A stretch of DNA of 64,000 nucleotides from Macrostomum lignano (Eukaryota): contig NIVC01000438.1 in the NCBI GenBank assembly GCA_002269645.1, positions 535,379 through 599,378 of the forward strand. The letters run 5' to 3'. The notes under the pieces are model-generated. The model made no database searches. It was not told the DNA's origin and worked only from the letters and a program-made list of their open reading frames with translations. Below are positions 1 through 13,160 of this stretch, in pieces. A program made the position numbers and the translations under genes. Every line of letters begins with the position of its first letter. Position 1 is the stretch's first letter.

Positions 1-2108
1 CTGTCAGACTGTCAACTCCCGTTACAGCGGATGCCGGAGACAGATGGATCTGCAGCTGCAGAGGCGTCAGAATGAACGGCACAATAAAGCGTTCGTCAGC
101 GTTCGTGACCGGGAACTGAAGTTGAAGTAACGGAATTCGTTCTTGTCTTACATGTATTTATTAGTGGATCACTTTACTACTAGTTATATCAAATAAACAA
201 ACTGTGGCCCCGTTGGGGAGGCAACAAAGAATGAAATAATTTTTTGATTAAAATGCTTATACGAGCTATTTTGGTTTTGTAAAAGTCACTATAGTTTGTT
301 TCTTGAGGAAAATTATGTCTTCAGCAAAGAAGCATCAGCCCTGACAGCCAGTTATTCAGCTTAAGATATCAGCGATCCTTTTGAGCTTTGACATCAAAGA
401 CTCCCTTTAAGCCATGGCTTAACTCAACTCTAACTCTCTATTTGATTCTTGGCCTACCAATAACTCCCGATGGAGCCTTGATATCTGAGCAATCCCCTCC
501 CTGAGCCTTGGCATCTTAGTGATTTCCCAAATAGGGGGCATGTCAGTTAAAAGTCTTGACTATTTCCTAAATTAGTTAAACGAAAGTACATTTTGATTCA
601 GGAAGAGCATATCGGCATCCTTACGACGTAGAGACTCGAGTTCCAAGCGTGAGTAAGATTTTCAAACGGTTCACCGTGAATTTTCTGGTAAGAGATCCAA
701 AAGCTGGGGTCGGATGAGAGACCGCGCAGCACAAAGCTAGTTAGATAAAAGACTCGGGTGAAGTTCACCGATATCAGAGTCTCTTGAGCCGTTTTAGTTA
801 CCAACGAAGTGTACTCGGTAGTCGCAATGTCAGGACAGGCTGTGGGATATATTCAGACATTTAAATGAAATAAAAGCAGGAATTAAAACTAACTTTAACA
901 ATACTGAGAAGAAGCAACTCGAATTTTGATTTTTACCAGTAGGACTTGGATAGCCGACCAGATCGAGTTGCAGTACGCAAGCCGTCTGGCAGCTGACCGC
1001 TTCAAAGAACGCCAATTGAGTCACCATGGAGGTGTTCAATGATACTAGGCTTGGAGTGCTAGCATCCGCGTAGGTCACGGAGAAGATTTTCTAGGAAACA
1101 GTTAGGGGGTGACATTTTTAATGAACAGAGCGGATCCGTAGAGCGTCTTGTTTTTATTGAGATCTAAATTCGTTTCTTTAATCTACCGAGGATGACAAAA
1201 TTTGCTATCTACGACTACACTGACTTTTTGCCTTTTGACTTTATAAGATATTACAAGTACTTAAGACTGGCAAGAAAGCAAAGTTGCAGTGAAATTTCAA
1301 TTGTTCCTACTTTTTTTCTTGAGTTCATTTTTTCTTTTTTTCGATTGAATACGAGGAACGAGCTAGATATTTTGATTAAAACTGCCGACAGTTGGGCAAT
1401 GAAGTGTTAGTAGCAAAATCGAGCCCCTAGTAAATGAATACTCACCGGACTTATGCCGCTCATAAGGAACACAGTGGAGCCAGCGGTAAAGTAGGACTTC
1501 GTAGTTGAGTAGCCGGCCTTGAAGCTGGTCACTCGGCCCTGCGGACTCGTTGCACGCGACATGTTGCCGTAGACCAGAAATCCGGTCACCGTATAGTTGA
1601 ATGGAAAGTAGATACTGACTAGCTTGTCAGTCAGATAGGCCCCCTGGATGAAAGGCCCTGTCGCTTTTGATGTGAACATCAACGAGTTCTGGAACTGGTT
1701 GGCAGCGGCAGCCTTCGGTATCGCCCAGGCTGACGGCATGTACCGACCCAGGCCGGCCGGGGACTGGCTGAGCTTGGCGAGCTGGTTGGAACCTGCCGGA
1801 TGAGGCATAGCGATGGTTACTCCTAGCTTTACATGCCGTTTGTTTGTTATTTCGCAAGCAGGATGGGAGCTTTGGGTAAATCAAGCTCTCAACATCTGAT
1901 AATAAAACAGACAGACCCGAGTAGCCTGAATGCTAAATCTAGAGTGTTCCCTTCGGAAAACCAGATCTTCCTATATGTTGTAACATGAATAGCTTAAGAA
2001 TATTCAATGGTAATTGGGCTCAGAAAACTTACCAACGCTCTGAGCCATCACTGCCAATGGCGCCGAGGTCACCACGATCAGTAACAAGGCGGTCAAAGAA
2101 AGAATCAT
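1..2108 (-). CDS. Secreted multi-exon protein with divergent discoidin/F5-8 type C-like segments; 3' part runs off the window
   Basis: Phase-consistent GT-AG exons: 2108-2033 (MILSLTALLLIVVTSAPLAVMAQSV, signal-peptide-like), 1822-1446, 1090-937, 839-625, 115-<1. The segments AGLGRYMPSAWAIP...YTVTGFLVYGN...GRVTSFKAGYST and ISVNFTRVFYLTSFVLRG...SFWISY loosely resemble the FA58C pattern (ARL..SAW; VTGV.TQG; VTSYK..YS). The gene structure is well supported; the domain call is weak. Confidence 0.75.
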
Positions 2109-2779
2109 GTCTTTGAGTTTTTGCTCAATGGAAGTCAGTTTTTGTTAGTAGGATATCAATGCTTATAATAAAGTTTTCAATGTCCTCGATTTGATGTGTG
2201 TGTAGATAGCAAATTATTTTCCCTATTTTATCCCGTTCTCCACTTGGGAGGGAGTCATTTGACGTTTGAAGAATTGCATGTAGTTGAGCTCCAATTGGTC
2301 AGCATTTTTTAATGTTTTGGACAGTAAAATTTTATTCTAACCTCCTTTATTTAGTCAGCAGCCAATGAAAAATGCAGATAACTGTAAATGTACGCTTCTA
2401 GCAATTGCATCGCCGAAAATTCAACCGGCACTGACGTAGTTGTTTATCAGTACCGGAATAAGTTTTGCCTGCCGATCCCCCAATTAATTTTTGCGAAATT
2501 CATTTAATTGTTGTGGTAAGTTGCGAGGGACCTACTTCATGGGAAATGATGAGTGACGAATGACAGGTGATAAAAATTAGTAAAATTTAGATTGCACAAA
2601 GAAATTTAGGGTTCTATGGGGAGCAAGGACTCTTATTATAAATTAGGTACTGTACATAGCTCGTACGCGTTGATTTATGGAGAGGTGAATGCTATTTTTT
2701 TATTCATTTTTGGCATTCTTTATAATTTGATAGGCCACATTGTTTGCTTAAATTTTCAGTTGGGATTTATGTGCACGTC

Positions 2780-4450
2780 CTTGACGTACAGATTGGCAGC
2801 CTCCCTCCGGCTCTGAGCCAGGGGCCAATGGTGCCGCCGGACGTGCTCTTGTGCATCAACTATTAAATGGCTGTCTAGTTGCCGAACGCCATCGGAGACG
2901 TTTGAATTGCCAGCCGTCGAGAACTCCGGCTGGAGCCTCGACTTCTGGCTTCTCCATCGCGCACGGCACCCCAATAGTGCAAATGCAAGCTACCGAGGAA
3001 AAAAGGAGAAGGAGGGCGTCCAGGACTCAAACCGCGGCTGGCCAAACAGATTTGGTTTGGCAGCTTCAATTCCTGCACTCCTGTAGGCTGCACGAGCTCT
3101 GATGGATTGTGGCCTACGTTTGGTGTCGATCCTTGCAAGGACACCGTAAAAACAAACTCGAGAGTGGTGACCTTTAAATGGCTGGCAACTCAAGGCTGCG
3201 TCACCTACCCAAGTGATAGTATTGGGCACGTCTAATCTTTTACTCTCTCAAACAGACGCATCACATCATCTGTATGAGAGCGTATCTACATGTACGCACC
3301 TACCATGCAGCCAACGCACTATTGCTCTTACGAGATAATTCTACTGAAACTGAGGGCCTATCAAATCATTGGCAACGTCCTCGACTACATTCAAGCCCTG
3401 GTCAATTCAGACCTGGTCTTCATTCTAGAATACTACTCCCCGCTGCCAGCTGGAAATGTTTCAGATTTCTCTCTAGGTGGGCAGACCTCCGCAACCCCAA
3501 GACTAGGCCAAAACAACGTTCACAAAGTTTTGAGCGCCATGCATTCAGCCCTGATGGTTTGGCTGAGTCGTTTCATCAATTGGCTTCGAGTCTGCCGCTT
3601 CTAGTCTTCCAAGACGTTCTGTGCATCGACCAAAGGCGATCTGGAACTCGGAACCCGAGATCTCACCTCGCCAGAGACGCCGCTTCGAGAGCGCTGTGGC
3701 TCGAAACCGACCAGAAAGTGCATATATGTGGCGATCAGATGGGCTGCACGCGCCCCTTCGAGGAGTTCCAACGCATCTATGCTGTGACTTTATATGTACA
3801 GTAAAGTTGAGTCTGTCGCTAAGATCCATTCAGAGATCTATACACTTGCAGGCATACTCGTACCACTGCTTGACGAGCCATCAACAATTCCCAAGCAAGG
3901 ACCACTAAAAAATTCTAGTGGTCCTTGCTTGGGAATTGTTGATGGCACGAGACCCAGGTGAAACGCCGTTGTTAGCGCCGTGTTGGGGATCAGAGAGGCG
4001 CCCTGGCATCTTAATACCAAAAAGTTCTCACTGTCCCCATTTCTGATGAAGAACCAAATTCATCCAAAATCCGCAGCAGCACAATTTCAAAGTCTAGCAA
4101 ATTTCTTTGACTGCAACGTTCGTCAAATGCTGACGACGACCAACCCAATCGACTGCAGACACAGAGACTGGAGCCGATATATGAGGTGCCTCCTCGCGTG
4201 ATCAAAGCTGAACTTTATCACGTCTGTACGATAAAACGTACATGTATGAACGTGTTAAAAAACAACTGTCTTGGAATAAAATTCCTGAATGCGCGCACTG
4301 CACACCTTTGCTCTGGTGCACCTCAAAAATTAAATTTCCATCCCGAAAGGAAAGAGCTCTCGCTCGACTAATCTTGAGAAACAACGCATTATCGCCCTTC
4401 AATTCAATATGGCAAAGCTGCTCAACACGATCCATAGAGAAATTTTACAA
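2780..4450 (+). pseudogene. GC-richer, coding-looking island with broken ORFs (decayed gene or TE, unidentified)
   Basis: Overlapping protein-like ORF pieces lie in different frames (3290-3604, 3621-3908, 3980-4201, 4242-4450) after a plausible acceptor near 3255. I recognised no family. Confidence 0.25.
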
Positions 4451-6321
4451 AACGATTACCCCAAATAGATTTCCTGAATTAACCACAGTTTTGACCACAG
4501 ATACTAGAATATTTTACTATTCTTACTATCTGTGGTTATTTATTTTTTGCGATCTATTTTCGTCTCTTGTGTACTTTTTTATTTTATTATTTTACAATCT
4601 GTGGTTCCGACTGGATTCCAATAAAAATATTCTTTATTGGATTCCAATGACAGGTTTTTTTCAGTTGGCGGCTACCATAATGGTAAATGTTATTGAAAAT
4701 GAATAAATTGATGAAATAAACTTGCGTTTATATAATAAAAAAATTTACGCAAGTCTGCCTTACATGTCGGAATTAGATTGGTTATAATTTGTGCTACCGT
4801 AAAATAATTTTCTTTTTCTTTCTACGAAATTAAAACCAATTACTCTCTTTGAGTCTTTATGTAAAAGTATATTAAGCTAGCCATAGCGATTTTGCAGCCA
4901 GCTCTGAGGCCGCGAAGTCCGGACGTTGACAGGAAAAACAGAATTTTATGGCCTATTCGCTTTTTCCCAGTTTAATCAACCGCTTTGGGGAGCTAAATAG
5001 TCTGTGAAAATTTATTTCTCTTTGGTGAATATTTCTACAATATGCTATATAGGCCTAAAACTTTGCCTTTGTAAAACCTCTAGGCTCCACTCATTAGGCC
5101 TAAGTCAAATTTTCCATGTATGTTCATTTCAATTTCAATATGGTTTTAAGCCTTTCTGTCTTATCCAATTATTAAATAATTAACAATGTTTAACAGTTGT
5201 TAAACAAAGAGGGAACCTGGGGCAACCCACATATCAGCCCAGAGAAGGGATCTGCCACTTAGTTAGGTATAGGGCCATACTACCAGGGGCTGAAGCCTGA
5301 GAGGCCCAGATTGAGACCAGGACTTAAGGCCTGGTCACCCTGGGGGAGCCTTATTGGATGCTATGCTATTGCCTATTATATTAACCTAAGCTAAGCCTAT
5401 GCCATAGTCTGGATCATGCTGGGTACATGCCCAAACAAAAATTGAATAATTACAAATGCATGCCAGAAAAAATGTAGTGCATGCCGATTCTCTAAAATAT
5501 GCTGGTGTTGCAACAATAAATGACCTTTTTTACATTGTGACAATAAAGTAATTCTTTCAAATTGTGTAATAGACCCGTATTACCAGATAATTTGGTTGCT
5601 TTTTATGCTTTTTCGGTGATACTATTTTATGGCAAAAAGTTAATACATGCAAAAATTTGTTTAAATGCTCTTTTACAAGCTAAAAAAACAGGAAAGCTTG
5701 AAATTTGGACTTAAAAATGAACTTTGTTCATCTTTTTTCTACTTCACAATTACTCTTACGCGTGATTCCATAAAGTGCATGCATACACTTGTGCACGCAT
5801 ACTCTCTTCTTAGGAGTAATGCACGCCAACTGTGCATGCCTAATTTTGGCATGCAAGGCCAATGCACGCCCAAATTTTCGGGCATATACTACATGATCCA
5901 GAGTGTGGAGCCTATAGACTAAGACACTGCCAACCCATAGTGTAATCAAGGACAGTGCAAGGACTGATCCACACAAGCCACACCTAGCAACAAAACCCAA
6001 GTGTGTACAAAAAAACAATTTGGAGTTTAAAAAAAACTTTGGAAAAATATTGGAAAGTGGTCCAAAAGCAGAAAGACCTAAGTCATCATTATTTTTAGAG
6101 ATGAAAGCCAAAGACACAAAAGCAGGGAGACAGCTAGAGGAGCCAACAAATAGACCAAGGGAGCAGATAGAATCACAAAGGCAAAATCTATCAACTGCTA
6201 GTATTGGGCAACTCAAATGCCAAATAAAACTAAATAAAAGCAAAGGATAAAAACACAAAGAAGTTGCAGAGGCTAGGCCTATAGAGGAGGATCACAGGAT
6301 CTCTGGGGCTTAGCCTCAGGG

Positions 6322-7192
6322 TAGGGATTCCAAAATCCCGACATTTTACAATCCCGGGATTGAATAGTCCCGAAATCCCGATGCTGTTGAAATCCTAGGA
6401 TTCAAAATCCCAGAATCCTGGTGCTTTTGCAATCCCGGGATTCAAATCCCGGATTTTTGGGCCCAATCCCGGGATCCCTAAGACAGACTATGCGGCATGC
6501 CGCGTGCAGTAGTCATGGTCTCGCGACTCTCAGAGTCTCAGGGCCTTTTCATATTACCAATTCCAGAACCAGAATCGGTTCGGAATTCCAAGAAAAACAG
6601 CAGTATAACTATTAAACTCTGTTAATATTTGACTGCCTTAACAGCCTCACTTTGCACGATTTTTCACTTTCTTCTTGGCAATTGTCATTCAATAATAAAA
6701 ACTTTATAGCACGTATCTCCCTCTAGTTATAGAGACAAAAAGTTATACTTCACAAATTGGTTCTCGTTCTGGAACCAGAACAAGCAATATGAAAAGGCCC
6801 TCAGTCTTGTCTCGTGGTGGAAAAAGAAAAAAAGTTAAAATTATCTATCATTTACAGTTCACATTAACAATTTTTGGCTCAATTAGGACAGGAGCTTTGC
6901 AAATGTTTAACGTTTCATTGAGAAAAAGCAAAAAAAAAATAAATGTTTTATTATTTGAATAAACGTTTAGACTTTAAATTATCTAATTTAGGCATTGAAA
7001 GGTTGTTCTAATCCCGGACCAATCCCGGGATTAAGGCCTTGAAATCCCAGGATCCCGATCCCAGACTTTTGCAATCCCAGGATTAAAAATCCCATGATTC
7101 GATTCCCTAAAAAATCCTGGGATTCAAATCCCAGATTTTTGGCCCCAATCCCGGGATCCCAGGATCCCGGGATCCCGGGATTGGAATCCCTA
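6322..7192. mobile_element. hAT-type non-autonomous DNA transposon (MITE), 871 bp
   Basis: TIRs TAGGGATTCCA / TGGAATCCCTA. Perfect 8-bp TSD CCTCAGGG at 6314-6321 and 7193-7200. Many subterminal ATCCCG(G) motifs at both ends. Confidence 0.92.
6541..6800. mobile_element. PIF/Harbinger-like MITE nested in the hAT MITE
   Basis: TIRs GGGCCTTTTCATATT / AATATGAAAAGGCCC. 3-bp TSD TCA at 6538-6540 and 6801-6803. Confidence 0.75.
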
Positions 7193-8556
7193 CCTCAGGG
7201 TTGGCATTAATTGGGCTCTACTATACACTTTTGTGAATGGTCATCTTTCCTGCAGGGCAAGTGCAACCAGGGGGCTTAAGTCCCTTTAGTTGTCTTTTAG
7301 TTAGTGATACATGATAGCCTAAAACTTGCTTATAGTTATACTTTAATATACCTATTTGGAATATTGGAATATTGGCCTATTGGAATTGGCATTGTAGACC
7401 TACTCAATAAAAAGTAGGGATAGATAGCAATGTTTCAATAGGCCTACTTTTCTAAAATAAGTATCACCTAATACCTCAAACTCTAATACCCAAATTTAAG
7501 TATGATCAATATCCTAGGCCTAATTCTAAACTTTATTCCAATACCTGGTCCTGTTTTTGTAAAAAGCAATATTATTAGCAAATAAAAAATATATAGCAAT
7601 ACTACATTTGTTTTGTTTAGTAAGTTATTTTGACCTTAAATTTATTCTCAATTCTTTGAATTTCTAAAGTGAAACAAAGTTACAAACACTAACAAATATG
7701 TAGATGCTAGACATGTAGGCATTTTTGTTGAGGTGAGCTATAGTCAGGATCATGGCACACCTGTACTGGAACAAATCCTATCAAAAAAGTTTGATTGCAC
7801 TGTGCACTAGAACTATTCTTATAAAAAATTTTGCTTACACTGGGTGCTGGAACTTTTTTTGTAAAAAATGCAAGAACACATGAAACAATATTTTTTGTTT
7901 AAAAACTACTATTAAAATTTGTATTTGAATCTGTTTGATTGAAAATACTTACCAAAGCATTTACCAATGAAAACAAAAGTATTGGATTGCCATATGTGTA
8001 TAATTTAAGTTTACCATCTCCTAGATTTTTAAGCCAATGCAAAAAGAGCATGCTCAGCATTAGTTTAAATTAAGAAACCTTCAATAAAACTTAAGATCAA
8101 CTTATTGTGATTTATATCAGAAGCTAGACTTTTAGTTTTATTTTGGTACATCAAAATGTTAGTCCTAATATGTTAATTAGCAAAACTATTTTGAAGGAAT
8201 AAAAGTAAAAAGTCTTATCTTGGAAGTTATATTAGCATTAGTAGAAGCATTGCATAAAAATTTGTTGAATATAATATATATTTTACAATTGAAATGAGAT
8301 TTTGGTAGACTTCTGCTCCATAAATGCTCAAAATAACATTATTCTAGCATGGAAAAGATAAGAAGGTAGACGGCCTGCTTGGCAGCAAATGTGTGTGACT
8401 CCCATAACCCTTTGATTTGATTTTGTACATGGCCATGAAAGTGTGTCTGTGTACAGGTATTGGCAAACTTGTATGTAGCTACTCATGAGTCAGTGGAATA
8501 AGTAGAAATTGCCCATATTTAGAAATCTGTACTTCTACAAAAAACTGCATGTGCTT

Positions 8557-11500
8557 ATGGAAGTAGAAGAGGCTGCTGCATCTTCAGGGACAGCGGCAGC
8601 GCCTGCTAATAGCAACAGTGCCAGCAGCAAAGATGTCCGCAGGAGCAATCGAGGCAAAGGCAAGTTGGAACGCGGCTCCGAGGATAAAATTGAAACCTAC
8701 AAAGTTGCTGGAGTTGAGTACACGGCCGGCGAGTGCTGCTACATTGAAGATGTCAATCGAGGCGGCAACGAGCCCTATTTGATTAGCATTATCGAAGAGT
8801 TTCGCATCACTAGGCGAGACACAACCAATGTTCACGTGAGAACTTACTACAGACTTCACGATGTCCCGGATGCCAGCTATCAGGCGCTTCGAGACCGCGA
8901 GTCCGAAGGTTTCACCGGCTGCCGAGACGACCTATTCCCTAATCGAGAGATCAAATTTAGAGAGCTGTTCATTAGCGACGTGTCTGAAGCCTTTCCAACC
9001 GCTTGGCTCCGAGGCAAGTGCTCGGTGATCCACTATCCGGATTTGCGCTCAGCTGTGACCAACTTCAAGCTGGAGCCGGACACTTTCTTTTACATATTCA
9101 CTTACAATCCCGAGACACGGAGGCTGTCATCTACTAAAGCTGAGATTCATGTCGGGCCCTCCTATCAAGCTGAGCTGCCTGACTACCAGTCTGAGGTGAG
9201 GCTGCTCGTGTCTGGAGCTATTATTTTCTTAAGCTAATTCTTTGGTTCAACCTCTGGTCCCTATCTTCCTCTACCTCATGCTCCTCTACCCCTGTCTACC
9301 TCTACCTCATGCTCCTCTACCCCTGTCTACCTCTACTTCATGCTCCTCTACCCCTGTCTACCTGTACCTCATGCTCCTCTACCCCTGTCTACCTCTACTT
9401 CATGCTCCTCTACCCCTATCTTCCTCTACCTCATGCTCCTCTACCCCTGTCTACCTCTACTTCATGCTCCTCTACCCCTGTCTACCTCTACCTCATGCTC
9501 CTCTACTCCTGTCTACCTCTACTTCATGCTCCTCTACCCCTGTCTACCTCTACCTCATGCTCCTCTACCCCTGTCTACCTCTACCTCATGCTCCTCTACC
9601 CCTGTCTACCTCTACTTCATGCTCCTCTACCCCTATCTTCCTCTACCCCATGCTCCTCTACCCCATGCTCCTCTACCCCATGCTCCTCTACCCCTATCTA
9701 CCTCTACCCCATGCTCCTCTACCCCTATCTACCTCTACCCCATGCTTCTCTACCCCTATCTACCTCTACCCCATGCTCCTCTACCCCTATCTACCTCTAC
9801 CCCATGCTCCTCTACCCCTATCTACCTCTACCCCTATCTACCTCTACCCGATGCTCCTCTACCCCTATCTACCTCTACCCCATGCTTCTCTACCCCTATC
9901 TACCTCTACCCCTATCTACCTCTACCCCATGCTCCTCTACCCCTATCTACCTCTACCCCATGCTCCTCTACCCCTATCTACCTCTACCCCATGCTCCTCT
10001 ACCCCTATCTACCTCTACCCCATGCTCCTCTACCCCATGCTCCTCTACCCCTATCTACCTCTACCCCATGCTCCTCTACCCCTGTCTACCTCTACCTCAT
10101 GCTCCTCTACCCCTGTCTTCCTCTACCTCATGCTCCTCTACCCCTGTCTACCTCTACCTCATGCTCCTCTACCCCTGTCTACCTCTACTTCATGCTCCTC
10201 TACCCCTATCTTCCTCTACCTCATGCTCCTCTACCCCTGTCTACCTCTACCTCATGCTCCTCTACCCCTGTCTACCTCTACCTCATGCTCCTCTACCCCT
10301 GTCTTCCTCTACCTCATGCTCCTCTACCCCTGTCTACCTCTACCTCATGCTTCTCTACCCCTGTCTACCTCTACCTCATGCTCCTCTACCCCTGTCTTCA
10401 TCTACCTCATGCTCCTCTACCCCTGTCTTCATCTACCTCTATCTCCCCCTACCCATTTTCACTCTATATCTCTCTCATTCCAACTCACACAGCTGCCGCA
10501 CATGCACGCCATCGCTGACGAGACCGGTCGAGTCTGGGAGACACAGCGCTGGCTGCCCGACCAGTTAGACGATGAGGAGCTCAGCATGTACGTGAAAGCA
10601 GCCAGATCTCTGGCCGCCTTCTCCGGCTTCTGCGATCTGGGCAGCGCGCAGGAGGGCCAAACCTCGGCTGATATGGACAGAACTGCCCAGCTGGCGATGG
10701 ACGTGCTGCACGATCTGGACTATGATGTTCGACTGGCCCTGAAGGTTTGCTAGCTCAGCGTGTTGGTTTCTGGGAGAATTGGGATCTTAAGGAAGGTGAT
10801 ACGGGTGTTGCTAGGGCGATTTGGGATCTTGGGGAAGGTGGATACGGGTGTTGCTATGGAAAATTGGGATCTTGGGGAGGTCGGATACGGGTGTTGCTAG
10901 GGCGATTTGGGATCTTGGGGAAGATGAATACGGGTGTTGCTAGGGAGAATTGGGATCTTGGGGAAGATGGATACGGGTGTTGCTTGGGAGAATTGGGATC
11001 TTAAGGAAGGTGATACGGGTGTTGCTAGGGCGATTTGGGATCTTGGGGAAGGTGGATACGGGTGTTGCTATGGAGAATTGGGATCTTGGGGAGGTCGCAT
11101 ACAGGTGTTGTTCGGGCGAGTTGGGATCTCGAAAAAATGTATGAACAAGACAGTTGGGAGAAATCGAGTCAAAATACGGGTCTGCTTGCCCTGCAAAGAC
11201 TTAAATGCGAGTCCCCATATATAAAACTAAATCCCAAAATATCCTACTAATCCCCCAGGTGCTAGTCCGCAATCCCCAGCTCGGCGAGTCCGCCGGGCCC
11301 ACCGGTTGGACGCACGAGTGCGTTCGCAAATTTCAAAAAGGAATTCGTCAATACGGCAAAAATTTCTTTCGAATCCGACGCGAACTGTTCCCGGAGAGGC
11401 GGGTGAGCCAGCTGGTGGAGTTTTATTATCTGTGGAAGAAGTCGTCCTCTTGTCCTCCGAGTGTCCGCTCGGTTCGGCGGGCTAATAACACCAACAGTTC

Positions 11501-12532
11501 GTCGGCGAACGCCACTGCCGCTGCCGCCGCTTCAGCTGCGGCTGTTGGCGCGGCCTCTTCGTCGACCATTTCGGCTGCGGCGGCCGCTACGGCAGCCAGC
11601 AATGGCGGCTGCAATTCGCCAGCTCCTAGTTGTTCGTCGCGAAGTTGCGCATCGAACAAAGACGATGACGCCACGATGCTGGAGGATGGCAGCGGGGGCG
11701 GCGGTGCTGCTTCGGGAGCGGCAGCGGCTGGCGTCGGCGACGATGATAACAGCTGTTTAACGACGGTTCCGGCGAATTGTCGCAATTGCGACCGGTCGCT
11801 TGAAGAGGCGGCTGGCTCGGCTGTTGCTGGCAGCGGCGGCGCCAGGGACCCGCTGTGCCCGGAGTGCCGGCTGTTCTATCAGAAGTACGGCGAGGACCGA
11901 CCGTGCGGTCGATCGGACGACGAGGACGAAGACGAAGACGACACGTCGGCAGACGACTCGACGGAGGACGAGGAAGAGGAGGATGACGGTAGGAGAAGCT
12001 CAAGCAGCAGCGGCAGCTGCAGCGAGGTGAAGTCTTCTGCTCCTGGCCCTGCTGCTTCTACCGATGTTGAAGCTTCGACAGTGGCGACCGCATCCACTGT
12101 TCAGTCGTCCGCAGTCTTGGCGAAGCTGACAACAGCAACTACTACTACTAGTACGGCAGCTGCTGCGGTGTCCAGCAGCAACGCCTCTGGCGCTGCAGCC
12201 GCTGGTTCATTGAAGTCGCCGCCGCCTCCGCAGGCGACGCTAACACAGCCTCCGGTAGTGTGCAGTCCGCCGCCGGTGCCCTGCCAACTGCCGAATGCAT
12301 TCAACAGTCCCAACTGTAGCATGCAACGCGTCTGGATACGCAGCGGCGGCGCCAACTCTTGCGCTAGGACCGATTTACAGTTTGCGCCAATGCGCAAGAG
12401 CAAGTACGCCGAAGTGCTGGTTGCTAACCAGCAGAAAGCTAAAAGACAGCAGTCGCAGCAGCACACTCAATCGCCTGTACCGACATCTGCTGCCACGTCG
12501 TCGTCTGCCGCTGATGCAGAGTACCGAAAGAT

Positions 12533-12604
<72 letters not shown>

Positions 12605-13160
12605 CATTGCCGCTCTGGAGCGTGCTCGCATGGTTGAACAGATGTTCCGGACTAGCGGCGGCGGCTATATGAGACCGCCGCAGCAACATCACCTGCCGCC
12701 TCCGCCGCATCACCAACCGCCGCCGCCTCCTCCAACCCTCCCTGTGTCGGCCGCCGAGATGGTTGCAATGCTGCAAGCTCAACACCAGGTCAGCTTCGCT
12801 TCATCAATGTCGCAGCCTCCGCTACCGCCTCCGCCGCACAGCGTATTCAGCGGCGCCTCTATCGGCCTTGATCCGCACAGCTTCCTGCCGCCAAGGCTTC
12901 CGCAGCATCCGCCACATCCGCAGCAGCAGCAGCAGCAGCAGCCACCGTCGCACCCAGCCGGAGGTCCTCCTCACCCGTTGCAAAACATGCATCCGCACGA
13001 GGTGGCGCAGTTGCAGCAGTTATACGCAGCTGCCATAGCCGCTCAGCATCATCAACAACAACAGCAGCAGCAACCGCCTAGGCAGCCGCCGCCACCGCAA
13101 TCGCCATTCTTTCCTCCGATGGATCCCAGATATCCATTTGATCCTAGCATGTTTATGTGA
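8557..13160 (+). CDS. RERE: Arginine-glutamic acid dipeptide repeats protein / atrophin-2-like corepressor (BAH-ELM2-SANT-GATA-atrophin)
   Basis: Exons 8557-9195, 10493-10744 and 11259-13160, all phase 0. Domains: BAH ([10 protein letters not shown]...[24 protein letters not shown]), ELM2 ([13 protein letters not shown]...), SANT ([29 protein letters not shown]...[10 protein letters not shown]), GATA finger (CRNC...[16 protein letters not shown]) and the atrophin motif [10 protein letters not shown]. Confidence 0.95.
9255..10445 (+). repeat. CT-rich minisatellite, ~31-bp unit CTCTACCTCATGCTCCTCTACCCCTGTCTAC, filling RERE intron 1
   Basis: Visible tandem array; the source of the spurious 400-500 aa ORFs in three frames. 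Confidence 0.95.
10770..11135 (+). repeat. ~43-bp minisatellite (GGGAGAATTGGGATCTTGGGGAAGGTGGATACGGGTGTTGCTA) in RERE intron 2
   Basis: About 8 degenerate tandem copies. Confidence 0.9.

Noticed and set aside
2915-2960. SGWSLD motif suggesting a Polinton/adintovirus PolB
   Set aside because: None of the downstream PolB-associated motifs follow; likely chance.
9242-10568. 400-500 aa ORFs in three frames
   Set aside because: They are translations of a stop-free CT minisatellite inside RERE intron 1. Only 10493-10744 is a real exon.
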